Source: Candidatus Kaiserbacteria bacterium (GTDB taxonomy: Bacteria; Patescibacteriota; Minisyncoccia; Phycocordibacterales; UBA2100). From it: a stretch of DNA of 64,000 nt. The stretch is taken from the NCBI GenBank assembly GCA_028286585.1, contig JAQBRI010000011.1:1648-65647 (forward strand), written 5' to 3'. A program made the translations under genes and the position numbers. The notes below the pieces were generated by a model. That model searched no databases. It was not told the origin of the DNA and saw only the letters and a program-made list of their open reading frames with translations. This document shows, in pieces, positions 48,111 to 57,720 of the stretch. The stretch's first letter is position 1; each line of letters starts with the position of its first letter.

Positions 48111-49394
48111 TTACAAAGAAAATGATCCACACACCGACTCTGTAGCGGCATCAAGCAGCAAATATTTTTTGAGAGCTGCTTCAACTTCGCGCTTCGTAAG
48201 TTTGAGTATTCGCTGCGGAAATTGATCAAGATACGCGATAGGTTTACCTTGCACAACGATCTCATGAGCTGTGCGAGCAAGACTCATGGAATCAACACAT
48301 GCGACTATGGATTGTGCTACAAACATTGCGCGATGCTTTTTAAACTCCTCGCTGTCGATACCCCTTGTACGTATTTTTTTGATTTGCGAATGAATTGCTG
48401 CACGCCCTTTTTCCAAAAGCTGCGGTGCAAAGGTTGCCCATATTGTTATGTATCCATCTGCAATAGAAAATCCGCTTGGATATGCATATATTCCGTAGGT
48501 TAATCCCTGTTTTTCGCGGATTTCCTTCATAAGGCGCCCGGTAAATCCGCTTCTGTTTCCCAAAATCTGAAGTCCCAAGACAAGTGCAGGATAGTCGGCG
48601 TGATCTGAAGTAATTCCTGTGGTTATACCAAGCATGTAGTCGACACTCGACTTGTCCATAATCGGAGTTTGAATATATTCCTTGTGATGATCGACTGCTT
48701 TTTCATATATTGCCGGCTTTATCGCAGTTGAGGCGAGTTTACTACAATGCTTTTCGATGATTGTCGAGATAGGTACCATCTGCACGTCACCTACAACGGA
48801 TACTATCAATGATTCTCGAGAAATGGCATGTGTATGATATTGAACTAGTGTATCTCGCGTGAGCGTTTGAATTGCCTGCCGTGCTTCATCGGTTGAATCA
48901 CTGCGCAATGGATGGCCGGGAGAATAGAGTGTTCGAGACAAGTGAATTGCCGCCTGTGCTCGTGTGTCTTGACTCTCGAGTGCAAGGTCTGATTCAGTAC
49001 GTCCGCAAAGCGTAACAAATTCTTTCTCTTCAAATGTCGACACGGTGAGACATTCGGCGATGAGTGCAAAGAGTGCATCCAGGTAATCGGTATGTACTCG
49101 TGCTACAAATTGTAGTCGATTTGCTGTCGCACTGAATGAAAGCGATGCTCCTATAGTGTCTAATGCAACTTGGAGTTCCTGCTTGGTGTGTTTTTTTGTA
49201 CCTTCAAGCAACATTGCTGCGTGCAGTTCTGCGAGTGTGTCGCCCATTGATTGCGAAGCGAACGATCGTGCCAGCTGCGATCCACCAGCAATACTTCCAA
49301 CGATTGATACATAGCCCACGAGCGGCATCTTTGAAGTAAGGAGTGTACCTCCCCACTTGTATGACATACGTTTTATGCGGGAAGTGTATTTCAT
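48111..49394 (-). CDS. M16 family peptidase, non-catalytic subunit
   Basis: Insulinase-like fold without HxxEH. 4-nt overlap with the upstream catalytic M16 gene. Confidence 0.75.
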   Translation of the reverse strand: MKYTSRIKRMSYKWGGTLLTSKMPLVGYVSIVGSIAGGSQLARSFASQSMGDTLAELHAAMLLEGTKKHTKQELQVALDTIGASLSFSATANRLQFVARVHTDYLDALFALIAECLTVSTFEEKEFVTLCGRTESDLALESQDTRAQAAIHLSRTLYSPGHPLRSDSTDEARQAIQTLTRDTLVQYHTHAISRESLIVSVVGDVQMVPISTIIEKHCSKLASTAIKPAIYEKAVDHHKEYIQTPIMDKSSVDYMLGITTGITSDHADYPALVLGLQILGNRSGFTGRLMKEIREKQGLTYGIYAYPSGFSIADGYITIWATFAPQLLEKGRAAIHSQIKKIRTRGIDSEEFKKHRAMFVAQSIVACVDSMSLARTAHEIVVQGKPIAYLDQFPQRILKLTKREVEAALKKYLLLDAATESVCGSFSL

Positions 49395-50713
49395 AATGTG
49401 TTTACAAGAGTCCCCGAGGTTTCGTTATTAGGTATAAAATATTGTTTTGCAATGCGCTGAATATCGCGTACGGTAAGTGCTTTCACATCATCCTCGCTTC
49501 GATAGACCAGCGTCCAATCCCCTGCTGCAACAGCTTCGGACAATGCAGAGACTTCATTCATAGCCCCGTCGCGGTCATGCGCAAGCTGGCCCAAAATTCG
49601 CGTCTGTGCACGTTTTAATTCTGCACGCGTTACTCCAATCTCGACAACTGCGTTTAACTCGGCACGAATAAGGCCAAGGACTTGTTCGGGCGTGCCCTTT
49701 TCAGTTAGAGATACAATGAGCGAAGTGGAACTTGGATCAATCGTCGGCAAAAGTACAATATGAATATCAGAGGCAAGACCTGTGTCAACAATAGTTTGCT
49801 GCAGCCGAGACGCAAACCCTCCCGCAAGAATAGTGACCAGTGCGGCAACTGCCGGATAATCAGGGTCACTTGCTGCAGGAGTTTTGTGTGCAATTTCGAC
49901 AATCGAAATGCCAACGGGTTTTTTGACGATACAGCTGCGCGGTTCAAGCTGCTCGGGCTCGACAGTATCCATTGTTGGAATCGAATTTGGAGATTGTGGT
50001 ACTGCACCAAAGTATTTGAGCACGAGTGCCTCAACATCGGATTTGCTTACATCACCCACAATGGCCAAGGTCGCATTGTTTGGCCAATAGTAAGTATCAT
50101 AAAAGTCGCGCAAGGTCTTTGCCGTTGAGTTCTCGATGTCTTCTTTGGTTCCAATTGTTGGAATGCGATACGGATGTACGCTAAAGGTGTGTTCTGTAAC
50201 CGCCTCATTTAATATTTCGTACGGGTTGTTTCGTCCGCGTTCATATTCGTTGCGAACAACAACCATTTCTGATGCCAAATCTTTGTCAGTAAAAAGTGCA
50301 CCACGCATGCGGTCTGCCTCGATTGCGAGCGCGTCTTCCAATCGTTCACGCGGAAGCAATTCATAATAGTTGGTTCGATCGAGTGATGTTGTAGCGTTCA
50401 TGTGTGCTCCCAGCCATTCAAGGTAATCGGTAATTGCTTTGTGATTTTTTTTGTTAAAGTTTTTGGAGTCTTTAAACAAAAGGTGTTCAAGAATATGTGT
50501 TGCGCCAGTATGGCCCTTGACCTCATTACGAGATCCAACGTGATACGTAATACATACCGCAACGGTTGGAGAACTTTTTACCTGTCTAAACAAAATTCTA
50601 AGGCCATTACTAAGCTGGTATTCGGAAACACCGTAGATGGTACGGACCTTTTTAAGAGACGGTATGACTGATCGCGCAGGAGTCGTTTTTTTGCCTTTTC
50701 GTTTGGTTGCCAT
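49391..50713 (-). CDS. M16 family zinc peptidase, catalytic subunit
   Basis: Inverted zincin motif HxxEH (GATHILEHLLF) and downstream Glu (NATTSLDRTNYYE). Confidence 0.85.
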   Translation of the reverse strand: MATKRKGKKTTPARSVIPSLKKVRTIYGVSEYQLSNGLRILFRQVKSSPTVAVCITYHVGSRNEVKGHTGATHILEHLLFKDSKNFNKKNHKAITDYLEWLGAHMNATTSLDRTNYYELLPRERLEDALAIEADRMRGALFTDKDLASEMVVVRNEYERGRNNPYEILNEAVTEHTFSVHPYRIPTIGTKEDIENSTAKTLRDFYDTYYWPNNATLAIVGDVSKSDVEALVLKYFGAVPQSPNSIPTMDTVEPEQLEPRSCIVKKPVGISIVEIAHKTPAASDPDYPAVAALVTILAGGFASRLQQTIVDTGLASDIHIVLLPTIDPSSTSLIVSLTEKGTPEQVLGLIRAELNAVVEIGVTRAELKRAQTRILGQLAHDRDGAMNEVSALSEAVAAGDWTLVYRSEDDVKALTVRDIQRIAKQYFIPNNETSGTLVNTL

Positions 50714-50735
50714 TTCAACACTTTACCACTTTCTC

Positions 50736-51557
50736 TTATAATCCCAAGGTTCCATCGGTAGCCACTCCTTTTTTGACTTCGACATGCTGTTTACTCTTAT
50801 TTTGTTGCGCAAGCAGTGCCTTGCCTGCAAATTCTCGGTACAAACAGTAATCACATGAGATGTCCGCTTTTGGTATCTCTTCGCTATCAAGACATGCCTT
50901 AATATTAAGAAGAGTCGGTTCAATCCAGGATGTGTCTCCGGTGTATGCAATAAGTGTGACGGCAAATTCTAGCTTGCCATCAAACGCCTTACGATCCTTT
51001 GACGCATTTGCATAGACAAAATATCCAGTGTTCGAAACTTTAAAACCCTTATTGCGAAGTAGCCATTGATACACTTCCATTTGCCTTTTGTAGCCGTCGT
51101 GCCAATCTTCGTCGAGTGCGTCAATGACTGCATCCTTACTTGTAGATTTGTAATCGACGACGATCAGTTCTCCTGCAGGATTTACCCATACATCATCAAC
51201 CGCGCCTGAGACGGTAAAACCAGTGGGTACATGATTATGGCGAATGCCTTTAAAATTCTCGCGCCAAATGTCAATTTCGGGATGTTCAAACGGTAAAACA
51301 TCAATACCATATTGTTCCATGATCGGATGCTTTGACTGCGCAACTCGGTGAATATCGAATTCTTTTTTGAGTAGCGCATCGACTGCACTGTTGAGGTTGA
51401 ACGGAAATCCTGGCGGTCGCGCCGTACCAAGTTTATTATCTAGATAAAAACATCGGGCACATTGTTGAAAAAGGTCTATTTTTGAACGTGATAATTTCCA
51501 TTGGGAACCGCCATAATTCCAATCTGTCTTTCTGGATGGTTTGTAGTAATTACTCAT
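50736..51557 (-). CDS. PD-(D/E)xK nuclease family protein (Cas4/RecB-like with Fe-S cysteines)
   Basis: Motif II/III in VVDYKSTSK, QxxxY in YKRQMEVYQW. Cys pattern CARCF (N-terminus) plus C-x12-C-x2-C (C-terminus), typical of the Cas4/AddB Fe-S cluster. Confidence 0.65.
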   Translation of the reverse strand: MSNYYKPSRKTDWNYGGSQWKLSRSKIDLFQQCARCFYLDNKLGTARPPGFPFNLNSAVDALLKKEFDIHRVAQSKHPIMEQYGIDVLPFEHPEIDIWRENFKGIRHNHVPTGFTVSGAVDDVWVNPAGELIVVDYKSTSKDAVIDALDEDWHDGYKRQMEVYQWLLRNKGFKVSNTGYFVYANASKDRKAFDGKLEFAVTLIAYTGDTSWIEPTLLNIKACLDSEEIPKADISCDYCLYREFAGKALLAQQNKSKQHVEVKKGVATDGTLGL

Positions 51558-51558
51558 T

Positions 51559-51589
51559 AGAGACTAGTATATCACTAGTCTCTTTTTTG
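51559..51589 (+). terminator. palindromic hairpin agagactagt-atat-cactagtctct followed by a T-run
   Basis: 10-bp perfect arms followed by tttttt on the plus strand. It lies between the purC stop and the nuclease gene start, so it may be an operator or insulating terminator. Confidence 0.35.
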
Positions 51590-51591
51590 TC

Positions 51592-52524
51592 TTAGAGAAT
51601 GTAATCGCCCAGGTTTCTCTGAATTCGTTCGAGTATTGGTGCACTGCCTGGAGTGAACTTGGTCTCGGTTAATTGTTCATATACATGAATATACCGATGG
51701 GACAATTCGAGAACCAGGTCCTCAGGAGCTTCTGGCAGCACTGTATCACCATATGGATCACAGTTTTCCTTAAACCACAGGCGCAGGAATTCCTTATCAA
51801 AATTTTCGGGTTCTTGTTGCGCTGCAAAACGTTGCTCGTATGAATCGAGCTGCCAGTAACGGGACGAATCTGGCGTATGAATTTCATCAATAAGAGTGAG
51901 CATCCCGTTTTCATTCAGGCCGAATTCATATTTGGTATCAACAAGAATAAGGCCGTGTTGCTTTGCAATTTCTACTCCCCGCTCATATAAAGCCATTGAT
52001 GCATTTTCTATTTGATTCATGAGTCCGGCAGTAATCACACCGCCTTCGATCATTTCGCTTGGGCTCATGGTTACGTCGTGCGCGTCGTCTTTGGTAGAAG
52101 GGGTAAATACTGGCGTTTGAAGTTTTTGATTTTTTTGAAGTCCTTCCGGAAGAATAAAGTTTCCAAAATCACGCTTGCCATCAGAGTAATGAGTCCACAG
52201 TGATGTGCCGGTGACCCCGGTAATATAGCCGCGCACGACTGCCTCGATGGGAATAGGTGTACATTTTTTAGCGACGGTGACGTTCGCATCTGGAATTGCT
52301 AATACATGATTTGAAATAATATCCTGCGTTTTATCAAACCAAAATGCGCTGATTTGATTTAAAATTTGTCCCTTGTATGGCACATGCGCAACGATTCTAT
52401 CAAATGAAGAATGCCTGTCTGTTGTTACTAGAATAATTTGGTGCGGCTGTTGATACACATCACGCACTTTGCCTGTTTTCTTGAGGCCATAAAACTCGAA
52501 GTCGGTTTCTTGTAATATGTCCAT
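51592..52524 (-). CDS. purC: phosphoribosylaminoimidazole-succinocarboxamide synthase (SAICAR synthetase, long form)
   Basis: GKVRDVY, ILVDTKYEFG, TPDSSRYW. ATG at 52524 (MDILQETDFEFYGLKKTGKVRD). The track ORF extends further upstream. Confidence 0.85.
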   Translation of the reverse strand: MDILQETDFEFYGLKKTGKVRDVYQQPHQIILVTTDRHSSFDRIVAHVPYKGQILNQISAFWFDKTQDIISNHVLAIPDANVTVAKKCTPIPIEAVVRGYITGVTGTSLWTHYSDGKRDFGNFILPEGLQKNQKLQTPVFTPSTKDDAHDVTMSPSEMIEGGVITAGLMNQIENASMALYERGVEIAKQHGLILVDTKYEFGLNENGMLTLIDEIHTPDSSRYWQLDSYEQRFAAQQEPENFDKEFLRLWFKENCDPYGDTVLPEAPEDLVLELSHRYIHVYEQLTETKFTPGSAPILERIQRNLGDYIL

Positions 52525-52535
52525 AGCGTAAGCGA

Positions 52536-53009
52536 CTATGATTCTTCTGTTGAGTGCGGACCAGGAGCTGAGATATCTTTTGTGCGTGTATGTGAAGCAA
52601 GAGTGTGTTTGAAGTGCTCCTCGATGTACCACATTCCGGTAAAGACAATCAATGCGAGAATCGAGGCAAAGGTAGCAATCGCGTATAATCCAAATCCTAC
52701 GGCTATTCCCACTGCAGCAGCAATCCATAAGCCGGCTGCGGTTGTGATGCCGTGCGTGGTGCCTCCGCGTGTAACGATAATTCCACCTCCAATAAAACCG
52801 ACACCAGTCACGATGCCAGCAGCTATGTGCATAGGATCAAAACTTTCTATTCCTACATAGGCGAGATCGACATAATTGGCGACGATAACAAAAAGCGCTG
52901 CACCCATCGAAACTAAACTAAAGGTGCGTGTGCCCGCTGGTTGCCCAGCAAGAGCGGAGCGCTCGGTACCGATAACACCGCCCAACACCATTGCGAGAAT
53001 AAGCTTCAT
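52536..53009 (-). CDS. MgtC/SapB family membrane protein
   Basis: MKLILAMVLGGVIGTERS is the MgtC N-terminal motif. Four TM helices. Start chosen at the M preceding this motif. Confidence 0.7.
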   Translation of the reverse strand: MKLILAMVLGGVIGTERSALAGQPAGTRTFSLVSMGAALFVIVANYVDLAYVGIESFDPMHIAAGIVTGVGFIGGGIIVTRGGTTHGITTAAGLWIAAAVGIAVGFGLYAIATFASILALIVFTGMWYIEEHFKHTLASHTRTKDISAPGPHSTEES

Positions 53010-53084
53010 GCACATGATGCTTGTCGTGTCAGTAAATTGAGCTATTCCATGCATATTGATATGACTATTGTACAGCAACTATTA

Positions 53085-53954
53085 CTATATGCCACAGAGG
53101 CGATTGGCCTCTTCGATGACTTGTGGGATTTTTGACTGTTTGACTCCATTTTCTTGCAGCAAATGAGGAACCTGGATGCTTTTACAAAGGACAATCTTTT
53201 GCTCAAGCAGTCGACGCTTTTCACCCTCGGAAAGCGTTGTAAGGCAGGTTAGTGGATGCACCTTTGCCTCTTCTATCATACTGAGAAGTCCGCGCGTACG
53301 GGGATAGTTCCAGCCGATTAGCTGCAGGTTTGAACATTGCGCATACCGAATCGCATTACGTGTAAAGCGCGTATTGGTTACGAGCCAGCCTTCGTCAACG
53401 CGCATCGATTGCTGTGGCGCAGCCTTGAGGTCGTCGTAACGGGCTTTTACATACAGTGCATCCTTGACGTCGGTTTTGCCGCTTGGATCATTATGAAATT
53501 TTGCTTCGATTCCAACACGTTTGCCCGCCTTTTCTGCAAGGACATCAACTTCGTGCGACACACAGCGACCCATCATCATGACGCCGGTTTGTGTATGCCA
53601 GCCTTCTGCCTTGAGCACTTCGGCCAAAAACCGTTCGAACGGAAACCCCGACGGACCAAGCGCAAAGACCGCACGCTTCATTGAGTAGCGCGCTGCTATC
53701 GGGGTTTCTTCATGCTCCTGCAAAAGCTGAAAGGCATGACGATAGATATCTTCTGTCATTATGTTGGGATGCAGCTCATGCATGATATGAGAGACAATTC
53801 GTGCCCGAGTAGTTGATGATGCACCCGCGTGTGCAAGCGAGTGTTCCAGCTTTACCGCATCAAACGCTTCGCGTTCGCCATCGGCTTTTGTTATCAACAT
53901 TTTTGCCTGCTGCATTGATGCAATTGTAACATCATAAAAATACAATCGATGCAA
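53085..53954 (-). CDS. ATP-cone domain + Mrr-like restriction endonuclease domain protein
   Basis: N-terminal ATP-cone (MLITKADGEREAFDAVKLEHSL). C-terminal PD-(D/E)xK Mrr_cat-like core (GKRVGIEAKFHNDPSGKTDVKDALYVKARYDDL). The true start may be at M14 or M19. Confidence 0.55.
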   Translation of the reverse strand: MHRLYFYDVTIASMQQAKMLITKADGEREAFDAVKLEHSLAHAGASSTTRARIVSHIMHELHPNIMTEDIYRHAFQLLQEHEETPIAARYSMKRAVFALGPSGFPFERFLAEVLKAEGWHTQTGVMMMGRCVSHEVDVLAEKAGKRVGIEAKFHNDPSGKTDVKDALYVKARYDDLKAAPQQSMRVDEGWLVTNTRFTRNAIRYAQCSNLQLIGWNYPRTRGLLSMIEEAKVHPLTCLTTLSEGEKRRLLEQKIVLCKSIQVPHLLQENGVKQSKIPQVIEEANRLCGI

Positions 53955-53979
53955 AATTTTAGCGCTATGTGGAGTACAG

Positions 53980-55026
53980 CTACAAAATTATTCCGCCGCC
54001 AAGACAAACTGCACCATCATACACAACTAACGATTGCCCGGGTGCCACAATGTGCGCTGTCTCGCACACTGCGACCCACATATCACCTTCTTGATATATA
54101 TGTGCTTTTACCGGTATCTCACGATATCGCGTTTGAACATCATAGACTCGGGACGAGTCGGGCTCAATCATCCACAAAGGATTGGTAAAGCTGATTTTTG
54201 ATTTTGAAGCATCATCTTTGTGCGAAGACACAATAATGGTGTTATGTATTGTGTCAGTAGAGACAATATATTGCGCGTCTACAATTCCAGGAGTTTCCAC
54301 CTTAAAGCCATGTCGCTGCCCTATTGTGTAGAGCGCTGCGCCCTCGTGTGTTCCTATTGTCTCCCCCACCATATTGAGAACCGCTCCTTCCTCAACAGTA
54401 ATATATCGCTTGAGAAAATCCTTCATTGAGACATCTCCAACGAAACATAGCCCCTGACTATCAGGTTTTGTTGCAACAGGAAGTGCATACTTTCGCGCAA
54501 GAGTGCGCACGGCTGATTTTTCGAGTTCACCGATGGGAAATTGAATATGTTCTAGTTCGCTCTTGTGTATGCGGTGTACAAAATACGACTGATCTTTGGA
54601 GCCATCAATTCCGCGCAACAGCTGAAATCCGTCCTGGTCTTTTTTGAGTCGCGCGTAGTGACCGGTTGCTACAATATCAGCGCCATCCTTGCGTGCCCAT
54701 GCGTAAAATTCGCCAAATTTTATTTTTTCATTGCAGAGCACATCAGGATTTGGAGTTATGCCCTTTGTATATGATGAAACCATTGTGTCGATCACCTGTT
54801 GTTTGTACTCGTCTGACAAGTCTATTTCCTTAAACGGGATGCCGAGATGCGCCGCGACACGCATAGCATCAAGCCTATCTTCGCGCCATGTGCACTCGAT
54901 AAATTCTGGCTGCCAGATTTTGATGAATACGCCCGTCACAGCATACCCAGCCTTTTGCAAAAGTGCCGCGGATACTCCGCTGTCTACGCCGCCCGAGAGG
55001 CCTACATATGCTTTTTGCATTTCCAT
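53980..55026 (-). CDS. mnmA: tRNA 2-thiouridine(34) synthase MnmA
   Basis: PP-loop SGGVDSGVSAALL. Catalytic Cys regions (FIECTW ... GLCFVGD). Confidence 0.9.
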   Translation of the reverse strand: MEMQKAYVGLSGGVDSGVSAALLQKAGYAVTGVFIKIWQPEFIECTWREDRLDAMRVAAHLGIPFKEIDLSDEYKQQVIDTMVSSYTKGITPNPDVLCNEKIKFGEFYAWARKDGADIVATGHYARLKKDQDGFQLLRGIDGSKDQSYFVHRIHKSELEHIQFPIGELEKSAVRTLARKYALPVATKPDSQGLCFVGDVSMKDFLKRYITVEEGAVLNMVGETIGTHEGAALYTIGQRHGFKVETPGIVDAQYIVSTDTIHNTIIVSSHKDDASKSKISFTNPLWMIEPDSSRVYDVQTRYREIPVKAHIYQEGDMWVAVCETAHIVAPGQSLVVYDGAVCLGGGIIL

Positions 55027-55078
55027 AGCTACACATTCCCCTATTTATTCATTCTATGCAAGTTTGCAGATACTAATA

Positions 55079-56119
55079 CTACTTACGACTGTCGATATAC
55101 AGCGCTTTGTATTGAAGATGTTGCGCGTATGTTTTTGAATAATACGTCACGTTATTTTTGTCGGACAGGTAAAAAAGAAAATCACTTTTTATTGGGTTTG
55201 CTGCCGCAAGAATACTTGCTATCGAAGGATTATTCACGGGACCAATTGGAAGGCCTTTGTGCACATAGGTGTTATAAGGTGACGGGTTTCTTAGGTCGGC
55301 AAGAGTGAGCCGCGAATCATATTTGCCGGTGACATACATAATTGGGATGTCAGATTGTAGCGGCATGCCTTTTGCAATGCGATTCCACAACACTCCCGAA
55401 ACCATTCTGCGGTCATGTTCGGTATCAGCCTCTTTTTCGATAATTGATGCCATGGTCGTTATCTCTTCGATGGTGTGAGTTGAAGATGCGATTTGAGGTT
55501 GAATTTTTTGTATCTGTACGTCAAAGTTTTGCCTCATTGCAGCAATAACGGTAGTTTCGGTTACGTTAGGCAAAAAATAGTACGTGTCCGGAAAAAGAAA
55601 TCCTTCGAGAGGCATTGCCTGCGTGAGAAACGAAGCCTTATTGAATCGCGGCAACTGCGCAGCATAGATTTCTGCCATTTGTCGCACCGTGTACCCTTCG
55701 GGGATTGTAATATGGAGCGGCTCCAATCCATAGGCACCAATCGCAATTGCTCGCGCAACAGTAAGTACGTTCTCTGGTTGCTTAAAAATGTAGTCACCCG
55801 CATGAAGCGTGTTACTTGCACCCAAAAGCTTTTCGATAACTCGAAATGTAAATGCCGAGCGAATGACATGCTGATCCTCAAGGATAATGCCAATATTGGT
55901 TGCAGAAGCTCCTGCTGGAACGGTGATTAATACTTTTGATGGAAACTGATCAGGTGCTACAAACAAAACAAAATAACCCCAGGTTGCGAGACTTCCAACA
56001 AACAACAAAAAAAGAATAGTACGAATATTAATTCGATACTGCCAGGAGGTTTGGAATGAATAATATTCATGATCCAACCACTCAAAAAAGCCCCGTATAT
56101 AATCAGATATTTTTTTCAT
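55079..56119 (-). CDS. mltG: endolytic murein transglycosylase MltG (YceG family)
   Basis: N-terminal TM. YceG-like core IIEKEADTEHDRRMVSGVLWNRIAKGMPLQSDIPIMYV ... YNTYVHKGLPIGPVNNPS. Confidence 0.8.
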   Translation of the reverse strand: MKKISDYIRGFFEWLDHEYYSFQTSWQYRINIRTILFLLFVGSLATWGYFVLFVAPDQFPSKVLITVPAGASATNIGIILEDQHVIRSAFTFRVIEKLLGASNTLHAGDYIFKQPENVLTVARAIAIGAYGLEPLHITIPEGYTVRQMAEIYAAQLPRFNKASFLTQAMPLEGFLFPDTYYFLPNVTETTVIAAMRQNFDVQIQKIQPQIASSTHTIEEITTMASIIEKEADTEHDRRMVSGVLWNRIAKGMPLQSDIPIMYVTGKYDSRLTLADLRNPSPYNTYVHKGLPIGPVNNPSIASILAAANPIKSDFLFYLSDKNNVTYYSKTYAQHLQYKALYIDSRK

Positions 56120-56121
56120 AC

Positions 56122-57624
56122 TTACATTGGAAGATTTATTGGTGGCTCCGCCTTTTTTGCCGCAATGCGTTGTATACCAGGAGTCTTAATGCTACTGCTT
56201 GGAAAATGAAAAATCGTTGCCAAGGCTTCGGTCGTCATTATACGATTATCAATTTCCCAAGGCGGATAAAATGAGCTTCTCCGCTGATAGGCATCGAAGA
56301 AACGACGGCTTCGCTCTATTTTGACACGTCCTCCTATATCTTGCCAGGGGTAATCAAAATCAAGACCATTCGTTGGACGCAGTTTATTAAGGTGAGCCGA
56401 ATCAAATACTCGGTATATTTCTCGAAAGCTCGAAATAAGCTGACCGTTAAATTGGCCATATCGTTCGTCGCCAAAAAACACTCCGCGTATGGAGGTTTGG
56501 AAATGCGTTTTTGATTTATGCCGCTCCAAGTGCTTCATTCTATCTTGCTGTTCTGTTGTAAGACGCGCGGTTGAGGATTCTTTGGTATTATCGTCGGGAT
56601 ATTTTGGGTTGACCATTGATTCAATCTTGATCTGTCTTATTTCCTCATCAATCTGTGCTGGCCAGTTACGACCCGTACGTATAAGCGCTCCCTCAGCGGC
56701 CTCAGCACGAATCATTATTTGAATCCACATTTGTTCGTGGGATTTGGTTGTGCCCATTAGCTCTAAGACTTGCGCAAGCGGATCAACTTTGAATTCCTCT
56801 TTGGGATCTTTGTCGAGCTCAAAATCGATATAACTCTTAAGCTGATAGGTGTCCTTATAATGATGTGCGGAACTGTCAGGCCTATTGTACTGGTATTCAA
56901 TATAGTACAGACGGTGATATTCTGAATTATATTCGAACTTTTTTGCATAGTCTTCGACTTCGTGAATTTCTATCTCTGGAAACTGTGCATAAAATGCTGC
57001 CTCGATCAACGACCTAAATCGCCCAGCACCCCATACATAAAAATGTATATTTCCTCCGATACTTACCATTTCGAGAGAAAACCAGGTACGCACAGAGCCG
57101 CGCCAAAAACGAGCACCGTAGGTTGTCTCGCTTCCTGCATGATACAAAGAGGTCAAGACCATTTCCATGGCACGCGGAGATTTTGTAATTTCGCGTGGTA
57201 TCTTTATTTCGAGCAATATAAAACCCTGTGCCGATATATACAGCTCTCGAACATAATGCACCCATACGAACATGGCAACTACCGCGAGCGTCAGCGGCAG
57301 CCAAATAGGCGCCAATCCAACAATCCAAGTTACAGCAAAAACAAAAAAATGAGGAGTAACAGCAGCAAATGCCAATATCAAACCAAAAAAAGTTATGCCC
57401 AAGACTAGCCCTCGGGAAATGTTCCATCCATTGATACTCCACTCCTGTCCTCCTATTTTGAGTTCACCAAACACAAATTTGTGATACCAGGATGGATTCT
57501 TTTTTGTATGATTAAACATTTTAAAAAGAATAATAAAAGGAAATAATACTATGATGAGTAGTATCTTGAGAAATTCTATAAGAAACGAGGGCTGCGGAGG
57601 TTGTGCATGTTCTTCATCTGCCAT
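56122..57624 (-). CDS. hypothetical membrane protein with large cytoplasmic domain
   Basis: 500-aa protein, four N-terminal TM helices, no recognised motif. 2-nt spacing to mltG suggests co-transcription. Confidence 0.45.
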   Translation of the reverse strand: MADEEHAQPPQPSFLIEFLKILLIIVLFPFIILFKMFNHTKKNPSWYHKFVFGELKIGGQEWSINGWNISRGLVLGITFFGLILAFAAVTPHFFVFAVTWIVGLAPIWLPLTLAVVAMFVWVHYVRELYISAQGFILLEIKIPREITKSPRAMEMVLTSLYHAGSETTYGARFWRGSVRTWFSLEMVSIGGNIHFYVWGAGRFRSLIEAAFYAQFPEIEIHEVEDYAKKFEYNSEYHRLYYIEYQYNRPDSSAHHYKDTYQLKSYIDFELDKDPKEEFKVDPLAQVLELMGTTKSHEQMWIQIMIRAEAAEGALIRTGRNWPAQIDEEIRQIKIESMVNPKYPDDNTKESSTARLTTEQQDRMKHLERHKSKTHFQTSIRGVFFGDERYGQFNGQLISSFREIYRVFDSAHLNKLRPTNGLDFDYPWQDIGGRVKIERSRRFFDAYQRRSSFYPPWEIDNRIMTTEALATIFHFPSSSIKTPGIQRIAAKKAEPPINLPM

Positions 57625-57670
57625 GCCCTCTATTGTACATCATGAAAATCGATTTGTGAGACCAAAAACA

Positions 57671-57704
57671 AAAAAAGCGAACACTTGGGTGTTCGCTTTT
57701 TTTA
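57671..57704 (-). terminator. rho-independent terminator
   Basis: aaaaaagcgaacac-ttgg-gtgttcgcttttttta. Confidence 0.65.
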
Positions 57705-57720
57705 TTTGGATCTCGCGCAA

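Noticed and set aside
51592-52728. Long N-terminal extension of purC (MDCCCSGNSRR ...)
   Set aside because: The extension is Cys-rich, has no counterpart in SAICAR synthetases, and would overlap mgtC. The internal ATG at 52524 gives a canonical MDILQ ... GKVRDVY N-terminus.
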